64,000 bases of DNA from Candidatus Woesebacteria bacterium GW2011_GWB1_39_10 (GTDB lineage Bacteria > Patescibacteriota > Microgenomatia > UBA8517): positions 8,155-72,154 of the forward strand of contig LBVU01000001.1 of the NCBI GenBank assembly GCA_000993205.1. Reading direction: 5' to 3'. Positions 9,304-19,199 of this stretch are shown here, in pieces. The translations under genes and the position numbers were made by a program. Under the pieces are notes generated by a model that saw only the letters and a program-made list of their open reading frames with translations, searched no databases and was not told where the DNA came from. The first letter of the stretch is position 1. Each line of letters opens with the position of its first letter.

Positions 9304-9870
9304 ATGATCACAGTTAACGCCGGCAATATTACCAAGGGAATGTATCTTATTTTTAAGGACAAACCGCATTTGGTCACAAAAACTGAATTTATGTCACCTG
9401 GAAAGGGGAGCGCGGTTATGCGGGTTAAGTATAGAAGCATAGAAAACGGCGCGGCTTTAGAGTTTACATATAAAACCAATGAACAAGTGGAAGTGGCCGA
9501 TGTTGAAAAGCGCGAAATGGAATTTCTTTACCGATCGGGAGATGATCTTTTTTTCATGAATTCCAAGACCTTTGATCAGGTCGAGGTTCCAATGAGTTTA
9601 ATTGAAGCTCAAATTGGCTATCTTATTCCGAATTTAAAATGCTGGGTGCTTTGGTATAAAGATAAGGCGATTGGTGTCGGACTTCCACCAAACGTAGTTT
9701 TAAAAGTTGTCGAATCCCCCAATGAAGTGGCGGGAAATAGAATCAACGCTCCTAAAAAAACTGTGAAGTTGGAAACGGGAATTGAAGCAATGGTGCCAAT
9801 ATTTATTAAAACCGGAGAAAAAGTGTTGATCGATACAACCTCGGGAGAGTATTTGGGAAGGGTTAAATGA
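9304..9870 (+). CDS. efp: translation elongation factor P
   Basis: 188 aa. KPG-loop-like SPGKGSA with a conserved Lys. Three-domain EF-P architecture. Confidence 0.85.
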   Translation: MITVNAGNITKGMYLIFKDKPHLVTKTEFMSPGKGSAVMRVKYRSIENGAALEFTYKTNEQVEVADVEKREMEFLYRSGDDLFFMNSKTFDQVEVPMSLIEAQIGYLIPNLKCWVLWYKDKAIGVGLPPNVVLKVVESPNEVAGNRINAPKKTVKLETGIEAMVPIFIKTGEKVLIDTTSGEYLGRVK

Positions 9871-10333
9871 GCTCGTCTAATTCCGATACCGGTAGATAGA
9901 ATTTTGCCAATTCAATTTCCGGCATACTATTTGTTATTTGTTCCCCCTTTTCGATATAAGTATGTGTAACCTCTTCCAATATTTGGGGCGGTGTGGCGTT
10001 TCCCGGGAAATTACCCTTTAATTTAGCTTCAGCTAGGGCTAGACGGTGAATTTCTTTATGGCAATCTTTACAAAGACAAACTGAATCATTTTTTCCGTTT
10101 TCGTAACCAATAACAGAGGATCTACTTATTGTTTTTCCTTTTAATATTGAATGTCCGCCGGATGCATGAGTAACTCTATATCTTGGTTTTTTTGAGTTCT
10201 CTTCTCTGACTAAATGTAAACCGGTTTTGGAATGAAGTTCGCCTTCATCGGGGGAGCTGAATTTTTTATCACACGCCGCGCAAGAGAATGTGGCAAGTTT
10301 TTCTTCACGACAAACGCGCTCTGGAAATGGCAT
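9863..10333 (-). CDS. HNH endonuclease-like zinc-finger protein
   Basis: N-terminal CxxC...CxxC zinc ribbon. A GYENGKNDSVCLCKDCHKEIH segment matches an HNH motif. Confidence 0.5.
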   Translation of the reverse strand: MPFPERVCREEKLATFSCAACDKKFSSPDEGELHSKTGLHLVREENSKKPRYRVTHASGGHSILKGKTISRSSVIGYENGKNDSVCLCKDCHKEIHRLALAEAKLKGNFPGNATPPQILEEVTHTYIEKGEQITNSMPEIELAKFYLPVSELDELI

Positions 10334-10383
10334 AATCCGGGATTATAACAAGGACTCGCAAAAAATAGTAATATCAACTAGAA

Positions 10384-11010
10384 TTGGAGCATATGACAAT
10401 GCAGAATTCCGACTCCGACTTTTTTGGTCGGCAGGGGGATGAAAAAATTCTCTACGTGGTTCGCCCACATCCTCTGGCAACTACGGCCGCTCTTATCAAA
10501 ATTTATATAATTTCACTTGCAATTTTTTTTGTTTTGGTGGTTCTCGGGAGTCAGATTCGCGTTGTATCCTCCATCTTTTATGTCGGGGGGATGGTCTTGG
10601 CTCTCCTGATAATAACCATAGGTACGAAAATCATGATGGATTATCAAAAACGGGATGTTGCATATATTACCGACCGCAGGCTGGTACGCTTTGAACCCAC
10701 AACTCTTTTTGCAACAAATTCCAGAACACTTACCTGGGATGAGGTAGTTAAAGTTAAAACCTATCCTCCCAATATGATTTGGAAACAGTTGGCAATTGGC
10801 AACGTGGTGGTACATGCCAGGACCCCTGCGCGCCCGGATGATTTTGGACACGGAGATGTTACGGCGGATGACATTTTATTAAATGATGTTTATTATTACC
10901 GGGATTTGGGCAACTATATAGATAAAATCCTTTTTACCTATAAACAAAAACCTAAAGAGATGGATGAGATCAGGCCGTTCATACCAAAACCTCGCGGCGA
11001 GAGATACTAA
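10384..11010 (+). CDS. membrane protein with a bacterial PH-like (bPH_2/YdbT-like) domain
   Basis: Two TM helices followed by a domain resembling DUF304/bPH. Confidence 0.45.
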   Translation: MEHMTMQNSDSDFFGRQGDEKILYVVRPHPLATTAALIKIYIISLAIFFVLVVLGSQIRVVSSIFYVGGMVLALLIITIGTKIMMDYQKRDVAYITDRRLVRFEPTTLFATNSRTLTWDEVVKVKTYPPNMIWKQLAIGNVVVHARTPARPDDFGHGDVTADDILLNDVYYYRDLGNYIDKILFTYKQKPKEMDEIRPFIPKPRGERY

Positions 11011-11063
11011 ATAAAATATAAAATTTAACATTATCCACTTAATTACTATATAGTATTGAAGTA

Positions 11064-11861
11064 CTAAAATTTGGATTCACAGGGTTTGCAGATGTTGCAT
11101 GGTCCAACCCAAGTAGAACCACCGCACACTCTGCATGTTCCGCTATGCCACCCAATGACATCAATATTGTACTCAAGACCGATTGTTGTATTCGAGTAGT
11201 TGTTATTTGAATTAGTAGATCCAGTTGGACAACTAATTGTGTTTTCTCCTAAAAAACCAGATCTTTGCATCTCTTCAATAACCGCGTAGGGAGACATGCC
11301 CGAAATAACTTGGTCTCTATAATAAATCGCTTTGGAAAATGATGTGGGATTGGGACATGTATCAACTGTTTTATTTGAAATCCTTTTTATCCAAGACAGT
11401 ATCTTAGAAATGTTTATTTCATTGTCTGATAACGTATACAATGTTTTTCGTTTGTACTCAGGATTAATAATTTCGGCCTCAAATAATATTGCGCTATTTA
11501 ATACAATCTTTTCTTGCCTCTGGTTGTAGGCGATTCTGTGAATAATAATTTTTGGGCAAGGGTAAACACCTTCTTTAGCCGGACTAACCCACAAAGCCAT
11601 TCCCTCTTCTGTTTTAGAAGCCCATTCTTGTAAGTCACGAGCCAAATTTTTTTCCGGGCCTTCTGCAATGAACTCTAAAATGTTTCTGTCGGTGTTTGGG
11701 TCTATTATTAGATTCTCCTTAACAACGAAATGGTATGAATCTGGTTTTCTGTTGGTTTCTTGGGAAATTGAAATGAGTTCCGCAAGGAGGCTGTTTGGAT
11801 CTGTGGAGTTCCAAGTTGATGAGAATCTAGTGATAGTGTTTATTGGATTTTCAGATACCAT
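11064..11861 (-). CDS. hypothetical protein with a C-terminal Cys-rich motif (CRVCGG...CNICKPC)
   Basis: 265-aa ORF. No family recognised. Confidence 0.45.
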   Translation of the reverse strand: MVSENPINTITRFSSTWNSTDPNSLLAELISISQETNRKPDSYHFVVKENLIIDPNTDRNILEFIAEGPEKNLARDLQEWASKTEEGMALWVSPAKEGVYPCPKIIIHRIAYNQRQEKIVLNSAILFEAEIINPEYKRKTLYTLSDNEINISKILSWIKRISNKTVDTCPNPTSFSKAIYYRDQVISGMSPYAVIEEMQRSGFLGENTISCPTGSTNSNNNYSNTTIGLEYNIDVIGWHSGTCRVCGGSTWVGPCNICKPCESKF

Positions 11862-12133
11862 TCTTCTTGCTCGAGAAATTAAAATTGGGCTCCGGGTATA
11901 GACGGTAGCGGCACTCCCACGGATGTTCGCCGTGATTCACCAATTGGTTAAATCTACTATATAATCATTTTGTGGTCAACCCTTTAATAATAATTCTGAT
12001 TCTTTCCCTCATTATTATTCCGGTCTATTTTAAAACAACCAGATTTAATGGTTTTTGGGGAATATTAATGTTTGTTTTTGGATTTTAGGCCTTTATAATA
12101 AGGAGACATTTTTCCCATCACTCCTTTTGATCG

Positions 12134-12454
12134 GTGCCCCTGCCGTATATTTTATTTGGAGGGTTACAGCAGATATTTTTTCTTTGGGTATTCACTGACA
12201 CATTTTATTATTTGTTTGGAAACATTAAATTTACCTTACTGGCCTCAATTATGTTTTTTCTTACTTTTCATTTGACAAGACGGTCATCAATTAAAAAATA
12301 TTGGATACTCTTAGGCATCTTTGAAGTAATTAATGTTTGGACGTACGTTGTCTTGGGAAATATACTACCGCAAATGCTTGTTCACGGACTTGCGGGGTCA
12401 ATTCTTTTTACTGAATTTACCGACCATGATGAGATAAAAGATAGGTTGGGGTGA
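12134..12454 (+). CDS. small hypothetical membrane protein
   Basis: Hydrophobic 106-aa ORF. Confidence 0.35.
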   Translation: MPLPYILFGGLQQIFFLWVFTDTFYYLFGNIKFTLLASIMFFLTFHLTRRSSIKKYWILLGIFEVINVWTYVVLGNILPQMLVHGLAGSILFTEFTDHDEIKDRLG

Positions 12455-12496
12455 GGCTTGCGGAGTTTCTGCGGTAAATATGCGGGAATCGGGGAC

Positions 12497-12525
12497 TTGA
12501 CAAAGATAGGGGACGGTGTTATCTT
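12497..12525 (+). promoter_or_regulatory. sigma70-like promoter (TTGACA, 17-nt spacer, TATCTT)
   Basis: Consensus -35 with 17-nt spacing, upstream of the ATG at 12534. Confidence 0.4.
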
Positions 12526-12533
12526 CGCTCAAG

Positions 12534-13022
12534 ATGAAAACGAGAGATATAATAGTTGGTTTTTTAGTTCTGGTTGTTCTTATTACCGGAGTTCTTCTTA
12601 TTAAAAATTCTAAAAAGAACAAGGCTGTCAATCTTCCCGCTCAAACTCCATCGATATCTCAAAAAATAACTGAAAAGTTCGGCGGTATAACTATTCCACC
12701 CAATGCGGACAAAGCTGATCTTTTGCCGGTTGCCGGAAATGAAGGGCTTGGAGAAGTTGTACGCGTGTTTGATAATGGAAAATTTGAACTCACGGTTCTT
12801 GCCGACCTCGGTCAATCTAAAAATGGTTATTTTTATCAGGCTTGGATGAGTGATGGTACAACGTTTATTTCTTTGGGCAAGCTTAATTTAGCCAAAGGGG
12901 GGTATCTGGTCAATTTTTCCTCCACCAAAAATTATTCGGGTTATAAAAAGATCGTGGTAACTCTCGAGAAAGTGTTCGATCAAACACCTGAAGAAGTTGT
13001 CCTCCAAGGTTCTTTCAATTAA
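12534..13022 (+). CDS. membrane-anchored hypothetical protein (start chosen downstream of the promoter rather than the upstream ATG 12516)
   Basis: N-terminal TM helix IIVGFLVLVVLITGVLLI. Unknown domain. Confidence 0.45.
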   Translation: MKTRDIIVGFLVLVVLITGVLLIKNSKKNKAVNLPAQTPSISQKITEKFGGITIPPNADKADLLPVAGNEGLGEVVRVFDNGKFELTVLADLGQSKNGYFYQAWMSDGTTFISLGKLNLAKGGYLVNFSSTKNYSGYKKIVVTLEKVFDQTPEEVVLQGSFN

Positions 13023-13276
13023 ACCCTAGGGGTAGCAAGAATTGAGTCCAGTTTTCCTTTATCAAAACCCAAAATAGTCTCTTTGCTTCCATCGTCTTTA
13101 GTAACAACACTAAAAGGAACCCCCAAAAAACCACCGGAAGATGCTGTCATTTCGTCCCTGGCTGCGTCATCGATATCAACAAACTTTTCAGTAAAAGGCA
13201 GATTCTTTTGTCCAAGATAATCCTTAAGCATCTTGCAGTAAGGGCATGTTGTGGTTGAATAAATTGTAATGGTCAT
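13019..13276 (-). CDS. glutaredoxin-like thiol-disulfide oxidoreductase
   Basis: 85 aa. CPYC active-site motif after a beta-strand (IYSTTTCPYC). Confidence 0.7.
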   Translation of the reverse strand: MTITIYSTTTCPYCKMLKDYLGQKNLPFTEKFVDIDDAARDEMTASSGGFLGVPFSVVTKDDGSKETILGFDKGKLDSILATPRV

Positions 13277-13327
13277 TTGGATATCGGGTAAATCATATAG
13301 TATTATGTAATTGTTATCAAATCAACA

Positions 13328-13987
13328 ATGATATTTGTTAATTACAAAACGTATGAAGAGGGAAGCGGGCAGAAAGCGGTCACTTTGACCAAGGTTTTGG
13401 AAGAGGTAGCCCGGGAGTCTCAAATAAAAATTATTCCCGTTGTGCAGGTAATTGATGCCGAAACAATTATAGCATCCACTACATTGGAGGTTTGGGTTCA
13501 ACATGTGGACCCTTTAAGTTACGGGGCTCACACGGGTTGGACATTACCCGAAGAGGTTGCCAGGATTGGTATCTCCGGGGTCTTTTTAAATCACTCCGAG
13601 CACAAATTTGATAATTTTGATGCGCTTTATACCGCCTGTGAAAAAGCAATAGCATCAAATCTTAAGACGCTGGTCTTTGCAGGAAGCTTAGATGAACTTA
13701 CCAAGGTTTCCGAGCTTGGGACAACATATGTTGCCTACGAACCGCCGGAGCTTATCGGTTCGACTACAACTTCAGTCACCCAGGCGCAGCCTGAAATTAT
13801 TTCCAAAGCCGCCGATATTGCCAGAAGTAAAGGACTACCATTAGTAGTTGGCGCGGGGGTTCATTCAATGGCTGACGTTAAAAAAAGCTTGGAGCTGGGG
13901 GCGGTTGGGGTTGCAGTAGCTACAGATATAGTTAAGTCGGAAGATCCAAGGCGCGAGTTAATGGATTTGGTGGAGGGATTTAAATGA
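13328..13987 (+). CDS. tpiA: triosephosphate isomerase
   Basis: 219 aa. LNHSEH catalytic motif. Sits in a glycolytic gene cluster. Confidence 0.8.
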   Translation: MIFVNYKTYEEGSGQKAVTLTKVLEEVARESQIKIIPVVQVIDAETIIASTTLEVWVQHVDPLSYGAHTGWTLPEEVARIGISGVFLNHSEHKFDNFDALYTACEKAIASNLKTLVFAGSLDELTKVSELGTTYVAYEPPELIGSTTTSVTQAQPEIISKAADIARSKGLPLVVGAGVHSMADVKKSLELGAVGVAVATDIVKSEDPRRELMDLVEGFK

Positions 13988-14433
13988 AGATATACTTAGG
14001 TGCGGATCACCGCGGATATTTACTCAAAGAAAAAATTGCAATCTGGCTTTTTGAGATGGAACATGCGTACATGGATCTTGGAGCCGAAAAGTTAGATCCC
14101 CATGACGATTACACAAAATATGCCGAGGAAGTTGCCTCGCTTGTTGCTAAAAATGAAGGATCCCGCGGTGTTCTTCTTTGCGGTAGCGGAGTAGGAGTGG
14201 ATGTGGTTGCAAATAAATTTGATGGAATAAGGGCTTCAATCGGAAAAAGCGTTTTACAGGTCGAGGCCGGAAGACGCGATGATGATATGAACGTTCTTGT
14301 GATCGCGGCTGACTACACAACTGAAAAAGAGACAAAGGCGATGTTGATTGCGTTTCTTGAGACAAAATTTTCCGGTAAGGCGCGGTACGAGGAACGACTT
14401 GAGGAGATAGAAAGAATCGAGGCAAACAACTAG
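13984..14433 (+). CDS. rpiB: ribose-5-phosphate isomerase B (RpiB/LacAB family)
   Basis: 149 aa. N-terminus MKIYLGADHRGY. 4-nt overlap with tpiA. Confidence 0.8.
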   Translation: MKIYLGADHRGYLLKEKIAIWLFEMEHAYMDLGAEKLDPHDDYTKYAEEVASLVAKNEGSRGVLLCGSGVGVDVVANKFDGIRASIGKSVLQVEAGRRDDDMNVLVIAADYTTEKETKAMLIAFLETKFSGKARYEERLEEIERIEANN

Positions 14434-14442
14434 ACTTCGAAC

Positions 14443-15402
14443 ATGGACTTGCCCAAGCTTACAAAATTAGACGTCTCAGGAAAAAGAGTTTTACTTCGGT
14501 TGGATCTTGACACGAGTCCAGACCCAAACGATTTAAGGATAAAGGCCTCGGAGGAAACTCTGAATTATCTAAAAGAAAAAGGTGCAGAAATTATTATTTT
14601 GGCTCATCGGGGAAGACCGGATGGAAAAGTAGACGAGGGTTTATCCCTTGCGCCATTTCAACCAATTTTTGACAAGTGGAGGGCAAAAGTAGAGGAGAAC
14701 CTGAGATTTGATGCAGGAGAAGAGAAGAACGATTTGGAATACGCCAAGAAGCTGGCTTCTCTCGGTGATGTTTATGTTAATGAAGCCTTTGGTTCATCTC
14801 ATCGCGAGCATGCTTCGATAGTTGGTCTTCCGAAGTTATTGCCCCATGCTGCAGGTTTTCATTTTTCTAAAGAAATTGAAAACTTAAGACGTGTCATGGA
14901 AAATCCGGAAAGACCGGTTGTAATTATAATTAGCGGGATAAAGAAAGACAAAGTGAACATGATTGGACCTCTGTCCGAAATCGCCGACAAGGTCCTCGTC
15001 GGGGGAAGGCTTCCGGAATTTTTGGGGGACTCGGCCCTGGAAAGTGTCAGGTCACAAAATGGGAAGGTGATTATTGGAAATTTAGTAATGGATAAAGAAG
15101 ATATTACTCTAAATACAATTGACAGATTCATTAAAGAAATAAAACTGGCAAAGACGATAGTTTTGGCAGGAGTACTGGGGAAGTATGAGGATGAAGGCCA
15201 CCGAATGGGGACAGAAAAAGTCTTTTCGGCGGTGGCTGATTCGAATACTTTCAAAATTGTTGGTGGCGGGGACAGTTTGGAAGCGGTACGGATATATCAT
15301 CTGGAAGATAAATTTAGTTGGATTTCGGTAGGCGGTGGTGCAATGCTTGAATTCCTCTCCAAAAAGACCCTACCAGGCATCGAAGCAATGAAAAATGGGT
15401 GA
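14443..15402 (+). CDS. pgk: phosphoglycerate kinase (compact 319-aa form)
   Basis: PGK signatures are present: LRLDLD, AHRGRP, NEAFGSSHREHAS, GGGD. Confidence 0.75.
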   Translation: MDLPKLTKLDVSGKRVLLRLDLDTSPDPNDLRIKASEETLNYLKEKGAEIIILAHRGRPDGKVDEGLSLAPFQPIFDKWRAKVEENLRFDAGEEKNDLEYAKKLASLGDVYVNEAFGSSHREHASIVGLPKLLPHAAGFHFSKEIENLRRVMENPERPVVIIISGIKKDKVNMIGPLSEIADKVLVGGRLPEFLGDSALESVRSQNGKVIIGNLVMDKEDITLNTIDRFIKEIKLAKTIVLAGVLGKYEDEGHRMGTEKVFSAVADSNTFKIVGGGDSLEAVRIYHLEDKFSWISVGGGAMLEFLSKKTLPGIEAMKNG

Positions 15403-15966
15403 AAAAGTCGTAATTGAACCACCATTTTTATCTCCAATAATCGCCGATCCGACTTTCTTGCCTCCAAAAGATTCACCTGATGGTAAATTTCACCTTTTTG
15501 CCCATTCTATTTGGGGATTGCATCATTATATTTCCGATGACGGAGTAAACTGGAAAAACTTTAAATTCGTAAAAGCGTTTTCCATCCGCCCATATATCTT
15601 CAAAGAAAAAAATACTTATTATCTTTTTTATGAAAAATTAAAATTTATTATTCCGGGTACAACAATATATTTTTCTGAAATCCAAGTCATTTCTTCATCA
15701 GACTTAATAAGTTGGAGTAAACCCAAAACTGTTTTAATGCCAACTCTGCCGTGGCAGGGGTATATTTGAATGGAAAAGAGTTTCTAAAACCCTCTCAAGA
15801 CTTCAAAAAAGCCTTTGTCTACGTTTGCGATGGTAAAAAAGTCGGCAAAAAGTTATATGTTTATTTCAACGCCCGTGATGGTTGGTTTTGGGGGAAGGAG
15901 AGAATAGGACTTGTTGTAGAGAAACAAAAAGTGGTAATGTTGAATAAGGGATTAGTGAGGGGGTGA
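15395..15966 (+). pseudogene. possible frameshifted beta-propeller glycoside-hydrolase-like gene (two adjacent ORFs in different frames, overlapping by 19 nt)
   Basis: ORFs 15395-15769 and 15751-15966 are contiguous and change frame. The first contains a DG..YYLFY-like motif typical of 5-bladed propeller hydrolases. Confidence 0.3.
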
Positions 15967-16166
15967 TTAATATGAAATTAAAAACCTTTTCTAAATGGTT
16001 GGTAGTTATAGGAGCCATAAACTGGGGTTTAGTAGGACTCTTTGACTTTAATTTGGTTACATTTTTGTTGGGTGGTTGGTCATGGTTGGTAACCTTGGTT
16101 TATATATTGGTCGGACTCTCCGGATTTTGGGGAGCATATGCGATGCTGATGGGTAATAAGAAATAA
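15963..16166 (+). CDS. small membrane protein, DUF378-like
   Basis: 67 aa. Two TM helices with an INWGLVG motif. Confidence 0.5.
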   Translation: MINMKLKTFSKWLVVIGAINWGLVGLFDFNLVTFLLGGWSWLVTLVYILVGLSGFWGAYAMLMGNKK

Positions 16167-16167
16167 T

Positions 16168-17352
16168 CTACTCCCCGAAGTGTAGGATATCTTTGTAGAG
16201 CCTCTCAAGTTTTTTGATTGAAAGGTTTGGTCTGTTTTTTAGTGCGATTTTCCTGTTGTATTTACCCATCTTGGCTCTTAACCCATCGTCTACAAGAATT
16301 TCGATAATTTTGTCTGCCATTTTGTGGCTATTTGGAGTCGGAATCAAAAAACCATTTACACCGTTTTTAATCATTCCCGCCACTCCGGCTTTATTGATTC
16401 CCACAATGGGAAGACCACATGACATTGCCTCCAATACTGTTAACGGTTGGACTTCCATTGCAGACCCAGTGGCAAAAATATCACACCTGTTGTAATAACT
16501 CACGAGTTTTTCTCTTGGAACATAGCCACAAAAAACAACCATTTTTGTCAAACCAAGTTTTTTAACCAAAATTTTTAACGTTTTCGCGGCCGGTCCATCA
16601 CCTACAATTTCCAGTGTTGCCTCATTAATCTTTTTGCGAATAATCTTGAATGCTTTTATGATCACGTCTACATTTTTTTCAGCGCTAAGTCTTCCTATAT
16701 ACAAAATTCTAAAATTTGTTTTAGTTCGTATTTTTGGTACAAATTTGTTGGTATCTACACCGTTTGAAATAACTACAATTTTACTTTTAGAGTTGTGTAA
16801 TATTAGTTCATCTTTGATAATATTTGCGGGAGAAATAATCACGTCACAATAATCAAAAATTTTATTACTGACTTTCCAAATTGTATCCCTAAGTAAATCA
16901 TCCTGACCAATTTGGTTTCTAAAGAAGCTATTGATTACTCTAAAAGGTGGAAGTGGGGGGAGTGTTTCGGACCAAAGAGTATGATATGTGGTAATTAAGG
17001 GAATTTTAAGATATTTGGCAATGATCATGGAGGAAATACCAATTGTTAAAGGGGTATGGAAGTGAATTACATCAGGGTTAAATTTTTTAACCGATCTATA
17101 CATTTTTCCGATATCAACAAAAGGTATATGAACTTCTTTGTAATAAATAACAGGACCGGAAGGATACCTTTCAATAATTAAATTTCCCTTTTCCAGTCTT
17201 TCGATCGAGCTTCTTAGACCATAAGCTGGCGCGTAAATTCTAACTTTATTTTTTTTGGCAAGAAATCTGGCGTGAGTATCGACTACGTACGTAACGCCAT
17301 TTACCTGGGGAATGTAAGTATCTGTAAAATATGCAATCTTCATTGGGTGCAT
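16168..17352 (-). CDS. glycosyltransferase family 4 (GT-B fold)
   Basis: 394 aa. N-terminal MKIAYFTDTY..NGV and a C-terminal E..G.P.V motif. Confidence 0.75.
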   Translation of the reverse strand: MHPMKIAYFTDTYIPQVNGVTYVVDTHARFLAKKNKVRIYAPAYGLRSSIERLEKGNLIIERYPSGPVIYYKEVHIPFVDIGKMYRSVKKFNPDVIHFHTPLTIGISSMIIAKYLKIPLITTYHTLWSETLPPLPPFRVINSFFRNQIGQDDLLRDTIWKVSNKIFDYCDVIISPANIIKDELILHNSKSKIVVISNGVDTNKFVPKIRTKTNFRILYIGRLSAEKNVDVIIKAFKIIRKKINEATLEIVGDGPAAKTLKILVKKLGLTKMVVFCGYVPREKLVSYYNRCDIFATGSAMEVQPLTVLEAMSCGLPIVGINKAGVAGMIKNGVNGFLIPTPNSHKMADKIIEILVDDGLRAKMGKYNRKIALKNRPNLSIKKLERLYKDILHFGE

Positions 17353-17384
17353 TTTACCATTTAATAATGATATTATGATTATAT

Positions 17385-18506
17385 ATGGTGAAAGTGGGCA
17401 TAAATGGTTTTGGTCGAATAGGTAGACTCGCTTTTAGAATCGGAGTTCTAAAGCATTCCGATGAAATTGAGTTTGGGGCAATTAACACTCCGGGGTCTAT
17501 GAATACGGCAAGTTGGGCACATCTTACGAATTTTGATACGATGTACAGAGAATTTCAGTACAAAGTACAAAGTACAGAGTACACCCCACTTCGCCAAGGC
17601 TCCGAGGGGCAAGGAGATCCGTTGATAGGTTATCTAATGGTGTCAGAAAAAAACCTAAAGGTGCCCGTTTTAGCACAGAAAGATCCCTCCTTGATTCCAT
17701 GGAGCAAATACGGAGTTGATGTGGTAATTGAAGCCACTGGGCACTTTATTGATGAAGAAGGTGCTAAAAAGCATGCAGTGGGAGGAGCTAAGCGAGTTGT
17801 GATTTCGGCTCCGGCCAAAGGGGGTAACGTCGGAACTTATGTTTTAGGAGTAAACGAAATGGACGGAAAGGATCCGGAGGGGATGGTAATAAGTAACGCT
17901 AGCTGTACAACAAATTGTGTTGCTCCGGTTGCCGCGGTTATGCAGGCAAAATTTGGAATTGAAAAGGCGATGATGACAACGATTCATAGTTATACGGACG
18001 ATCAAGTTTTGCAGGATAGCAGCCATAAAGATTTGAGAAGGGCGCGTGCGGCTGGGCAAAATATTATTCCAACAACAACAGGGGCTATAGTTGCAACTAC
18101 AGAAACGATACCGGAGCTCAAAGGACTTTTTGATGGTATGAGTTTAAGGGTCCCGACGACCACGGGGTCAATTACAGACTTTACATTTATTTTGAAAAGA
18201 AATGTAACTAAAGAAGAAGTAAATCAGGCATTTAAGGACGCCATAAATAACCCCATATACAAGGGTATATTGGCAGTTTCTGAGGGATTTTTGGTATCAA
18301 GCGATATCATTGGCAGAAGCGAGTCTGCAATAGTTGACTTGCCATTAACACAGGTGGTTGCGGGAAATATGGTTAAGGTTTTTGCATGGTACGACAACGA
18401 GTGGGGATACGCCAACCGCTTAGTAGAACAGGTGATACGGGTAGGAAGAACCCTGGAAGGAAACTCTGTGCCAACAGATCCGATTACACTTTCTTTTTCA
18501 AAATAA
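17385..18506 (+). CDS. gap: glyceraldehyde-3-phosphate dehydrogenase with an in-frame insertion of about 15 aa in the N-terminal domain
   Basis: INGFGRIGR and SNASCTTNC motifs. The extra segment QYKVQSTEYTPLRQGSEGQGD is encoded by repeat DNA. Confidence 0.85.
   Translation: MVKVGINGFGRIGRLAFRIGVLKHSDEIEFGAINTPGSMNTASWAHLTNFDTMYREFQYKVQSTEYTPLRQGSEGQGDPLIGYLMVSEKNLKVPVLAQKDPSLIPWSKYGVDVVIEATGHFIDEEGAKKHAVGGAKRVVISAPAKGGNVGTYVLGVNEMDGKDPEGMVISNASCTTNCVAPVAAVMQAKFGIEKAMMTTIHSYTDDQVLQDSSHKDLRRARAAGQNIIPTTTGAIVATTETIPELKGLFDGMSLRVPTTTGSITDFTFILKRNVTKEEVNQAFKDAINNPIYKGILAVSEGFLVSSDIIGRSESAIVDLPLTQVVAGNMVKVFAWYDNEWGYANRLVEQVIRVGRTLEGNSVPTDPITLSFSK
17557..17584 (+). repeat. tandem heptamer array (AGTACAR)x4 inside gap
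   Basis: agtacaa agtacaa agtacag agtacac, read directly from the sequence. Confidence 0.8.
17584..17610 (+). repeat. GC-rich 25-nt element, copy 1 (CCCACTTCGCCAAGGCTCCGAGGGG), inside gap
   Basis: Near-identical copies at 58004-58028 and 62047-62072. Confidence 0.8.
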
Positions 18507-18532
18507 AACATATCGGATAAATCAGAATTACC

Positions 18533-19198
18533 ATGATTAATATTATCCCTGCAATTCTTACAAATAACGTGACTGAACTTGAAGAAAAAGTTAAAAGGAT
18601 TAACGATGTTTCGTACATTGAGGGGACAACTGTTAGGACAATTCAAATCGACATAATCGACGGTGTGTTTGCAGACAACCGTACCGTTGATCCCGCAAAC
18701 CTAGTCGGACTGGATACAGATTTGGGGCTCGATTTTCATTTGATGGTAAAAGAACCGATTAATTGGATAGAAAAATGCGCCAACGCAGGTGCGGACCGTA
18801 TTATCGGTCAGATCGAAATGATGAAGAATCAGGTTGAATTTGTGGGGAAAGTACAGGAAACAGGATTATATGTTGGTTTGGCACTTGATCTCGAAACTCC
18901 GGTCACTGAGCTTGATTCCCTTATTTTAAATAATGTTGATGTCGTTCTTCTCATGGCTGTAAAAGCCGGTTGGGGAGGGCAAAGATTTGACAAGAGAGTA
19001 TTTGATAAAATTAAAGAATTGGATGAAATTAGATCCAGAGACAAGACACCATTTAAAATATGTGTAGATGGGGGGGAAACAACTGACGTTATTGATGACA
19101 CTCACTATGCGGGGGCAGATGAGGTTGTGATTGGGAAAAGATTGTTTGACGGAGATTTGGCAGCCAATTTTAAAAAATTTATAGAAGCAGCCCACTAA
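18533..19198 (+). CDS. rpe: ribulose-phosphate 3-epimerase
   Basis: IDIIDGVF and HLMV motifs. Confidence 0.8.
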   Translation: MINIIPAILTNNVTELEEKVKRINDVSYIEGTTVRTIQIDIIDGVFADNRTVDPANLVGLDTDLGLDFHLMVKEPINWIEKCANAGADRIIGQIEMMKNQVEFVGKVQETGLYVGLALDLETPVTELDSLILNNVDVVLLMAVKAGWGGQRFDKRVFDKIKELDEIRSRDKTPFKICVDGGETTDVIDDTHYAGADEVVIGKRLFDGDLAANFKKFIEAAH

Positions 19199-19199
19199 C

